Below, one piece after another: positions 56,492-64,000 of a DNA stretch of 64,000 nucleotides. The position numbers and the translations under genes are program-made. The notes under the pieces were generated by a model. That model was not told the origin of the DNA. It saw only the letters and a list, made by a program, of their open reading frames with translations, and searched no databases. Origin of the DNA: an uncultured virus (IMG/VR IMGVR_UViG_3300008954_001678) (Duplodnaviria; Heunggongvirae; Uroviricota; Caudoviricetes); IMG/VR virus record IMGVR_UViG_3300008954_001678; one strand, given 5' to 3'. Within the stretch, counting starts at the first letter, position 1. Every line of letters begins with the position of its first letter.

Positions 56492-57787
56492 ATGAAAATT
56501 ATTATAACAGAAAAACAACATAAGTCTTTAGCTTATGGATACACATTAGGACCTATTCTAGAACAGAAGAAGGTAATGATAAAAACTGTTGTAGGAGCAG
56601 AAATTGTGGAGGGACCAATGACTGAAGTTTTTAATGAATTAGTTAAACAAAAAGAAGAAGAAATACTCAAACCTTGGAGATTTTATGTAACTGGTGGTCA
56701 AGAACAAGGACCAGGATTAAAAATAGAAAATAAAGAAGAGGGACTGGCTAGTAAAAACTACCCATTTACATGGGATACACAGAGAAGAAGGTGGGTCGTT
56801 TCAGATATGTTTCCTATGGAGTTACCAGTAACTGTTGGTGGACAAGGATTATTCGAACAGTTAAACCAATATAAAGACTTCAATTACTTTTTTGCAACCA
56901 ATACTGAAGCAGCAAATAAATTAAAAGAACAAATCGAAAAGATGAAGTTAAAACTTCGAATTTATCCTGAAAATGAGAACGCTGCAATAGAAATGTATAT
57001 GGTACCTAATAAAAAAAAGAATAGAAAAGGAGAAAGAGTCTACATGAGAGGACAAGGAATACCCCTTAATAATTTATTACCTTTAGGGTCAGGAAAAGAT
57101 GGGTCAGGAATGAATAGTGCAGCAGTAGAACCAGAAAACAAAAATGATGCACTTTTAAAGCTTTTTAGTGGTAGTATCTCTGCGAGATATCCTTGGTTAA
57201 ATCTTAGAGCTCCTATTATTGAAAAAGAAGGTGAAGCGGACCCAGACCCAGGAATTGTCGCAAAAAATGTGTCATTTAAATTTGAGGTTACAGACCCTTT
57301 CGAATTTGATTCACCCGAATTAAGTGAAAATGCTAAAGAAGCTATCGCTACCGAAATGAATAAAATATATAAGTTAAAGGAAAAAGGATTGTTAGAACAA
57401 TATCTTACCACCAAAATCAATGGAAAGACGATTAATATAGACGCTTACTCTTCTATAGATGCAGCTTCTGACGAACTAGGAGGTGGAGCTGTAAAAGATT
57501 GTAACCCCGGAAAAGTTACTAGAGCAAAGTATAATTTATGTTTAAGTCAAAAGAGAGCCCAAACAGTGGTTAATCATCTAAAGTCCGAATTTGAAGATAT
57601 TTTTGGAGAGGCTAACCTAATAGCACAAGGAAAGGGAGAATTAGAATCCCCAAATAGTATGAAAAAACCTTGGGGACATCCAGACCAAGTAGCCCATAAA
57701 AAATCTAAAAGGGTAGCAACAAAAGCAGACCGTAAGTTTGTTATAAATCTACCAGATTTTGAAGCTACTATAATATCCTCCGATTAA
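56492..57787 (+). CDS. Leader-bearing protein with C-terminal OmpA-like peptidoglycan-binding domain
   Basis: FEFDSPELS...YNLCLSQKRAQTVVNHL...GKGE...DRK. Confidence 0.8.
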   Translation: MKIIITEKQHKSLAYGYTLGPILEQKKVMIKTVVGAEIVEGPMTEVFNELVKQKEEEILKPWRFYVTGGQEQGPGLKIENKEEGLASKNYPFTWDTQRRRWVVSDMFPMELPVTVGGQGLFEQLNQYKDFNYFFATNTEAANKLKEQIEKMKLKLRIYPENENAAIEMYMVPNKKKNRKGERVYMRGQGIPLNNLLPLGSGKDGSGMNSAAVEPENKNDALLKLFSGSISARYPWLNLRAPIIEKEGEADPDPGIVAKNVSFKFEVTDPFEFDSPELSENAKEAIATEMNKIYKLKEKGLLEQYLTTKINGKTINIDAYSSIDAASDELGGGAVKDCNPGKVTRAKYNLCLSQKRAQTVVNHLKSEFEDIFGEANLIAQGKGELESPNSMKKPWGHPDQVAHKKSKRVATKADRKFVINLPDFEATIISSD

Positions 57788-58401
57788 ACTAACCCCATCA
57801 CTTTATAAACCTCAAAAGCTGATTCGGGACTATTTCCCCCCACACTCCAATAGAATACATCATTATATGGGTCTTTATCATATTGTTTATAATCGTAAAT
57901 CGAAGCTCTTACACCATTATCAAATTTAATATCCCACTCTAACTGAACTTTACCATCTCCACTACCTTCCTCATAACTTGGGGGACCGAATTGTTGGCGT
58001 ATATCATCATACGAGGGACCATCCAACTCTCCTTGTCTACTCCCACCTACAAAAGGTAGAGGTTTATCTTCAGAACCTACAATAAATGGTCTCGGTGATA
58101 ATGCAGCCTCTATTGAGGACTCATTAAAATTAGGATAGGTTTGTAATAATAGTGAAGTTAAAATAGAACCCTCTTCTCTAGGACTAAGGAATTGTTCATC
58201 ACCTAACCTAACCCCATATAGTTTTGCACTTCTTTGTATGGCACTACTAATAGTTTGTATGAATTTCCAGTTTAATCCAGGACTGTCAGGGTCCGATAAA
58301 GTACCTTTCTCCCCTAAATGTTCTAACTCATCCAGAATCTCAATAGGAAGTTCTCTAGTCATCACATAGTCAAAAAGTTTGGGTATCATTGTGTATTCCA
58401 T
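57784..58401 (-). CDS. Hypothetical phage protein
   Basis: Likely start MEYTM at 58401; C-terminal FGPP...DGKVQLEW...SIYDYK...WSVGG. Confidence 0.65.
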   Translation of the reverse strand: MEYTMIPKLFDYVMTRELPIEILDELEHLGEKGTLSDPDSPGLNWKFIQTISSAIQRSAKLYGVRLGDEQFLSPREEGSILTSLLLQTYPNFNESSIEAALSPRPFIVGSEDKPLPFVGGSRQGELDGPSYDDIRQQFGPPSYEEGSGDGKVQLEWDIKFDNGVRASIYDYKQYDKDPYNDVFYWSVGGNSPESAFEVYKVMGLV

Positions 58402-58494
58402 GGTCGTAGTTATATTATATAATAAATACCCGTCTCTTTTATAATAACAGGTATATTTATATGTAAATAACAATTTAATAAAATATAATTTATT

Positions 58495-60315
58495 ATGGCT
58501 AGAAAGCACAAATCAAAAATATTAATAGAAGATATTAATAAGATATCCAAAATGATGGGATATGATAGAGCGTTAACTTCAACCGAAAACAATGTTCTTT
58601 TTGAATCAAAACAATTACAAGAACAAAATTCTAAAATAATTCCTTTTGAAAATTATAGTGATATAACTGTTGAATGGGAGGAAGATGAAAATGGTAACAA
58701 TATAATAGATGTATCTTCATTAGGAGGTTTAGCATCAGGATTGGAGGACGCAACGGACACCCCAATTGATGATGAAGATGTGAATGATGTTTATAGAGCG
58801 GTTAAATTCTTAAAAGATAAATGGACACCTGATGGTGAAAATGCATGTGAAAAAGTATTAGAACTTTTCGCTGATAAAACAGGTAATGAAGACTTAGAAA
58901 AAAATATATTAAATGCTGGAATGTATAAAGGTTTTGAATTCGCGGGGTGGTCTGACGATGACGATATGTATTTGGATGGAGTGAGTACCACTTATGGAGC
59001 AGCTAAAAGAAAAGTCGCAAAAGCGGTAAGAGCATGTACTAGAGGGTCAATGACAACTGCACAGTAAACTGAAGATGCAGCAAACAAAGCAGGATGGCCA
59101 GCAAAATATAAATGTGTATTAAAAGGTGGTAAAGGACCTGGATTATTCAGTTGGGGAACAAAAGAAGCTGGTAAATTCCAGAAAACAAAATCAGGTGCGG
59201 TAGTTTATATTGTACCAGTAGATGGAAAGACAGCTCAAAGTTCTGGAGGAAATCTACAGAAAGAAGATAAACTTGTTTACTATAGTAACGGAACTATGAG
59301 AGTTTACCCAAGAGGTAAAAGTGGATTAGCGGACAGTAAAGGTCCTTTCCCGTTTAGTTGTAATAGAAATGAAGATATGGAATTTGAAGCATCAGTGGAA
59401 AAGACGGACGTGGAGGTTTCAGAAGTATGGGGAGAGGACGCACACGAATACCGAAGACATGATGTTGGTGGTGTAGAAAAGAGAGCTGGTGAAGGTCCTG
59501 AAGTTGGTGGACATAGACACTTCAAAGACTATATGGGTGAAAGTACAACAAATAGAGCCGTAAGAAATGCATATAAATTACTTACAGAACAAACAACAGA
59601 TGTAGGAGGTGTGTTTATTGATTTTGGAGACCCTAAGCAGACAGAGGACAAAGGTGATGTTAAGTCGGATACTGAAGGTGATGGTAGTGGTACTGGTACT
59701 GATGGTACTGATACACCACCAAAGAAAAAAAGAAGTAAGTGGAATAAAGCAACTTACACATTAGAAACTATTAGAGATGGTAAAGTATGTGCTAAACTAT
59801 GGGATTTTGGTGAAACAGTTAAAATAATACAAAAATTAATAGGAGCTAAACCAGATGGTTATTTTGGACCAAAAACTGAAGAAGCTTTAAAAGGATGGCA
59901 AAGACGTAATGGAAAAGATGCGACAGGACAATTCTGTTCAGTTACATTTAAAGATTCAGGTGGTACAATAGAAGGTGAGGTAGAGACACAGACAGATACA
60001 GATAGTGATGCGGACGCTAAAGAAGATGCTGAAGTAGTAACTAACCAGGAAATAGAACAAGTAAAACAAACTATTACAAGTGATAGTGATGCGGGTGAGA
60101 CTTTAGAGTATTTAGCGGATGTTAAAGAAACTAAATTAGACAAACCAACATGTATTCAATTAGTAGTTGCAGCAAATGCAGCGTTACCTAATCTAGTTCC
60201 TGAAATTTTACCTAAACTACAAGCATGTTTCTACGATTATAATTTCCCACGAGGTATTGGAAGAAGAGCAGTTAAGAAGAGATATGGAATTACTGGTAAA
60301 GGAAGAAAAAAATAA
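58495..60315 (+). pseudogene. Single 606-codon leader-bearing gene with PG-binding domain, interrupted by one in-frame TAA (59065-59067)
   Basis: ORFs 58495..59067 and 59296..60315 are in frame and 59068-59295 has no stop; IQKLIGAKPDGYFGPKTEEALKGWQ. Confidence 0.7.
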
Positions 60316-60336
60316 TTTAAATATTATAGATAAAAT

Positions 60337-60363
60337 AAAGGGAAGTTCGTCTTCCCTTTTTTT
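60337..60363 (+). terminator. Intrinsic terminator
   Basis: AAAGGGAAG-TTCGT-CTTCCCTTTTTTT. Confidence 0.85.
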
Positions 60364-60388
60364 ATGCAATCAAAAATATTTATAGGTA

Positions 60389-61342
60389 ATGAAAACACAT
60401 CTTAAACAATTATTAAAGGAAAGTGGATATTATGGTCATGTCCTTAGTAAAAGATTACCTAAAGGGTTAGATAATCGTTTATATACACTAATTAGTATGA
60501 TTGGTGGTGATATCACAACCACAGACGTCGTCAATTTTGCAGAACATGCAACACCACAACAGGTACAATATCTTTATGAAAAAGTTAGACAATTTCCTTC
60601 TAAAATTGATGAGGTCCTTCCTTATGCTGGAGGATATAAATCACTTAAAGACTCTAAACAATATCAGGAGATAATTAATTTGGTAAAATTTAAAGAAATA
60701 TTAGGAGATGATATTATAAAAGAAGATGTAAGTATTGATGCGGACGGTTACCACGCTACTGACACAAATCCATATTTTACACAATACTTCCAACCCCAAT
60801 TTAAAAGTAAGTTATTTAAATATTGGGATTCTCTAGGGGAACCAGATTATGATGCTTTGAAATTGTTTGGAGTGGTTGCGGATGAAAATGAGGAGGACTA
60901 TACTGATTTTAGAAATGTGGGTGATGTGGTATATCCTCTTTTAGTGTTAGAGTGGTTGGGTGGGGTAGAAAATACGGAGTTTGCAAAAGCTCCTTGGATG
61001 GAAACTAGTGAAATGGGATTTAACAAGTTAAAATTTAAAGTAGAGCCTATACAGTTTGATTATATGTTTGATGAAAGTGTAAATTTTGGGGAACAGGGAT
61101 ATGCCTGTTGGGACATTAGAGTTTTAATAGATAAAATGGGGGATTTTGGGTCTAGTGATTCTACGTTAGTTGATGAACCTTTCATACAGGTTTTATTTCC
61201 CGAAAGTAGTAGAAATAAATTAAGTAATTTTAGAAACTACACCAACGACCAAATGGAACTTATAGAAATGTTATGGGATGAATATGAGGGTTATAGGCCT
61301 ATGGTTAGACAGTTCTGTAGTGTTGAAGTGGTTTTAGTCTAA
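60389..61342 (+). CDS. Leader-bearing two-segment hypothetical protein
   Basis: MKTHLKQLLKES; internal IIKED boundary; LFKYWD...KLFGV resembles IFNIWD...KLLGI of the 1438-aa protein. Confidence 0.7.
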   Translation: MKTHLKQLLKESGYYGHVLSKRLPKGLDNRLYTLISMIGGDITTTDVVNFAEHATPQQVQYLYEKVRQFPSKIDEVLPYAGGYKSLKDSKQYQEIINLVKFKEILGDDIIKEDVSIDADGYHATDTNPYFTQYFQPQFKSKLFKYWDSLGEPDYDALKLFGVVADENEEDYTDFRNVGDVVYPLLVLEWLGGVENTEFAKAPWMETSEMGFNKLKFKVEPIQFDYMFDESVNFGEQGYACWDIRVLIDKMGDFGSSDSTLVDEPFIQVLFPESSRNKLSNFRNYTNDQMELIEMLWDEYEGYRPMVRQFCSVEVVLV

Positions 61343-61521
61343 ATTCCTATAGAATAATCTTTTTTCCAGTTAAACTTCTTTCCTTCTTTTAAACCCTTAA
61401 TATAATCTCTAAATTTACCACCAAGTTCAAAATTATTAGGGGTTAATCTCTCCAATTTTTCTAGTTCTTCTATACGGTCTATATACCAGTATATAGTTCT
61501 TATTTCTTTATTTTTATTCAT
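61339..61521 (-). CDS. Hypothetical protein
   Basis: 60-aa ORF overlapping its neighbours. Confidence 0.55.
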   Translation of the reverse strand: MNKNKEIRTIYWYIDRIEELEKLERLTPNNFELGGKFRDYIKGLKEGKKFNWKKDYSIGI

Positions 61522-61927
61522 AGATTTCTTTTACTTTTAAATTATATTCGTCACCAAATAAATCTTTTAATACATGCCATTTCATAGTTCCTTCTACCAC
61601 ATATTTTTGATTTTCCCACTCAAATATTTTTAGATACCCATCTTCCTCTGGAGTGTAACCATCGGATTTATATTTTTCATCTAATTTTTTTAATTTAGAT
61701 TCGTATATTGAAGTCTGACTATTTTTAAGGTCATTCAACTCCTCTTCACTAACTTTATTTTCCATTTCCGAAACCTCTTCAGTTGTAGCCATCTGAATTA
61801 TTCCTTTATTAGCTAATCTCAATAAGTCCTGAGTTCTACCATTAGCCAATTCCTGTACCAAATAAATGGTTGGTTGTAAGTCCTTTATTGTTATATCTAC
61901 TATTTTAATATTCTTTTCTTTATTCAT
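61514..61927 (-). CDS. Hypothetical protein, possibly degenerate ParB-like
   Basis: DLQPT...YVVEGTMKWHVLKDLFG. Confidence 0.5.
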   Translation of the reverse strand: MNKEKNIKIVDITIKDLQPTIYLVQELANGRTQDLLRLANKGIIQMATTEEVSEMENKVSEEELNDLKNSQTSIYESKLKKLDEKYKSDGYTPEEDGYLKIFEWENQKYVVEGTMKWHVLKDLFGDEYNLKVKEIYE

Positions 61928-61928
61928 T

Positions 61929-62120
61929 TTATTCTTTATTATAATAATACTTAGTTACCCCTGAAAAGTCAAAGCATAGTTGGTCGGGATTAACTCCCCT
62001 GTAAGAAGATAAAGTAGTTCCCCTTCCCTTCCCTATCTTTATAATTCTAGTATGGGGTGAGACCCAAGTCCCATCCTTTCTCCTATATCCTTTTATATAA
62101 ATTTCACGGTATGCTGCCAT
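61929..62120 (-). CDS. Small basic protein
   Basis: YIKGYRRKDGTWVSPHTR motif. Confidence 0.6.
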   Translation of the reverse strand: MAAYREIYIKGYRRKDGTWVSPHTRIIKIGKGRGTTLSSYRGVNPDQLCFDFSGVTKYYYNKE

Positions 62121-62181
62121 ATGAAGAAATATAAGTTATTTTTTGTTGATTTACAAATATTTATAAATAAAATATACTACT

Positions 62182-62523
62182 ATGAACAAACCAATATGGG
62201 AAGGACACCAATACAACGACTACAAACAAGACTCTAAACATTATAATAATGTTAAATCTGAAGAAGAAAGAATAAGAGAACTTCATGAAAAGAATGAAAT
62301 GAAGAAGGCAGAGAAAAAACAATTAAATGAATGGGCATACCTTAGTGTTGGAGCAACTGGAGGACCAAACATCCAGGGAGCTAATCATGGGCTAATTAAT
62401 GATAGACACGGTTTAGTAGTTGACCATTTAAATCAAGTAGGAAGAAACGTTAAAAAAGAAAGTGTTAAAGAATTCGTTCAAAACACCAAGGGGTGGATGA
62501 AACGATTTAAAGATGTATCTTAG
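62182..62523 (+). CDS. Hypothetical protein (TATTTAT class)
   Basis: TATTTAT at 62158; EEERIRELH, QLNE and VKES motifs. Confidence 0.65.
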   Translation: MNKPIWEGHQYNDYKQDSKHYNNVKSEEERIRELHEKNEMKKAEKKQLNEWAYLSVGATGGPNIQGANHGLINDRHGLVVDHLNQVGRNVKKESVKEFVQNTKGWMKRFKDVS

Positions 62524-62569
62524 TTACATTTAATTTTGTAGTAACAATATTTTTCTGTATCTTTGTAAT

Positions 62570-62725
62570 ATGAAAAATAAATCTACAAAGATAATATCAA
62601 TTGGTTGGAATCAACAAGAAAGATTTGTGGCTATGGGTAAATTAATCCAACAAGGTAAAGCCAGACGACTTTACTATTCCTGTGATAAATTTTATTATGA
62701 GGTAGAGAAAGGACTAAAAATATAA
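62570..62725 (+). CDS. Small hypothetical protein (not in ORF track)
   Basis: 51-aa ORF 4 nt after TTTG-19-TATCTTTG. Confidence 0.55.
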   Translation: MKNKSTKIISIGWNQQERFVAMGKLIQQGKARRLYYSCDKFYYEVEKGLKI

Positions 62726-62852
62726 AAAATCAGTAATTTTAGCCGCAAAAATAGAAGTTTTTTTGACTTATCGGGATTAGTGGTATATTTATCTTCGTAT
62801 TAACACCATTATAAGGTGAAAGATACTTTCCACATTATACATATTTTGCGTT

Positions 62853-62878
62853 AAAAAAGGGACTTTCGTCCCTTTTTT
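62853..62878. terminator. Bidirectional intrinsic terminator
   Basis: AAAAAAGGGAC-TTTC-GTCCCTTTTTT. Confidence 0.88.
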
Positions 62879-62964
62879 GTTTTTAGATACTTTCCTCTTT
62901 TTTTTATGTAAATTTATTTAACTAGTTACACCTATAAATATATGCAACCCTCTTAAAGGTGACA

Positions 62965-63309
62965 TTATTTCCAAAATACTTGGATTAAAACCAGAGTAAA
63001 AGCTAAGGATAAAGAGACTATAGTTTTAGTGGTTATTCCTTCATTTAAGAAGAACCAAGTACATAAGGCAAATACAACAATACCTAACCCAAAACCCATC
63101 AGACGTTGTCCCCACAATACATTATTGAATCCTGAATAACCATACTTTGTACCTACAATAAATAAATAACTTATGGGAACACCAATCAGTGTTAAAATCA
63201 AAGGATTACGGTCAAACCATTTCCACACAAACTGGCCATTTAGTTGGAACCAAACCAAGATTTGACCAATAGCTAAAAGTATTGCACATATTAAAATATC
63301 TTTATTCAT
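62965..63309 (-). CDS. Four-TM membrane protein (DMT/SMR-like topology)
   Basis: 114 aa, four hydrophobic helices, FFLNEGIT before the last helix. Confidence 0.6.
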   Translation of the reverse strand: MNKDILICAILLAIGQILVWFQLNGQFVWKWFDRNPLILTLIGVPISYLFIVGTKYGYSGFNNVLWGQRLMGFGLGIVVFALCTWFFLNEGITTKTIVSLSLAFTLVLIQVFWK

Positions 63310-63360
63310 GGAATAAATATAGTATTATTATTTAACTAAGTCCAATAGTATTTATAAGAA

Positions 63361-64000
63361 ATGGAAGACACGAAAGAGCATATGACCACAAAAGAAGAAA
63401 ATTTATTTAAAAAATTCTATACCGAATTCTGGCCTAAATGGAGAAGTAGACTCTATAGTCAATTATATAGAACATATCATCCCTCCACATACGTAGAAAG
63501 TTTTAATAGTCCCAGTAGTAACTTTGAAGGTGCATTAGAAATTATAGAGGAGGCTGTCCATGAAGGGAAAAAATTAGGGTTATTACCTGTATTAGATTTT
63601 CACTATCCTGTTTTAGCTGGAAAGTTGAGGATATTACAAAAAGACCACTACGTCTTGGATTGGATACATTCTTTTTTATTATTCGATGTCATGTGGGACA
63701 TAGTGCACGAATTTAGATGTTATTGTGGGGAAAATGGAATAGACCCTAATTGTGAGGGGAAATGTATGGATGAATTTCCACCAGGTGGCCATAACAGTCC
63801 GCTCACATCGGGGACCTTAAAACAAGATTATTATACTTTACATCATTATGTAAAGGGAATAAAAGAAAGAGCAAAAAGAGAAGGGTTAAACTTAGATAAT
63901 ATTTTACCTGAGATAACAAATGAGTTACAGTATTTAGTTCCAGATGTTACCGTTGAAGATGTAAAAATTAAAATAAAAAAAGAGATGCCAGAAATCTGGA
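63361..64000 (+). CDS. 3'-truncated hypothetical protein
   Basis: Open frame from ATG 63361 to the window end; TATTTAT at 63349. Confidence 0.65.
   Translation, partial: MEDTKEHMTTKEENLFKKFYTEFWPKWRSRLYSQLYRTYHPSTYVESFNSPSSNFEGALEIIEEAVHEGKKLGLLPVLDFHYPVLAGKLRILQKDHYVLDWIHSFLLFDVMWDIVHEFRCYCGENGIDPNCEGKCMDEFPPGGHNSPLTSGTLKQDYYTLHHYVKGIKERAKREGLNLDNILPEITNELQYLVPDVTVEDVKIKIKKEMPEIW

Noticed and set aside
58402..58509. N-terminal extension of the 57784 minus-strand ORF
   Set aside because: Runs through the divergent intergenic region with TATTTAT motifs on both strands and overlaps the 58495 start
1..64000. Alternative genetic code (stop-codon reassignment)
   Set aside because: Very long ORFs and intact known genes read in the standard code; TAA and TAG both end genes; only one isolated in-frame stop was seen
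1..64000. CRISPR array or diversity-generating retroelement
   Set aside because: No regularly spaced identical repeats, no reverse transcriptase, and no adenine-specific TR/VR pair seen; the repeats are diverged protein modules

Overview
AT-rich, densely coding 64-kb segment that reads as part of a large tailed-phage genome with a Bacteroidota (probably Flavobacteriia) host. The host call is inferred from TTTG-N19/20-TAnnTTTG promoters and T9SS-type C-terminal domains. No capsid, terminase or replicative polymerase lies in the window, so the phage call rests on gene content and architecture. Contents: DNA repair genes (pyrimidine-dimer glycosylase, minimal PolX, ATP-dependent ligase, HAD phosphatase); auxiliary genes (cysC module, cyclophilin, glutaredoxin, ClpP, DUF59/SufT, UDP-glucose dehydrogenase, radical SAM); three tRNA-like genes; and a roughly 1-kb symmetric non-coding locus near 35 kb. 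Two candidate undescribed systems stand out. (1) About 20 genes, mostly behind a TATTTAT motif, encode unrelated cargo domains (many peptidoglycan-active) fused to a shared N-terminal leader ending in [ILV]-x-E. The same motif punctuates 1438-aa and 2886-aa mosaic proteins, suggesting capsid-targeted, protease-processed polyproteins. (2) An Asp/Asn-type aminoacyl-tRNA synthetase catalytic core lacking an anticodon-binding domain is followed 7 nt later by a 108-nt tRNA-like RNA with a GUC anticodon and a very long variable arm. All domain calls are by-eye motif recognition; no searches were run.
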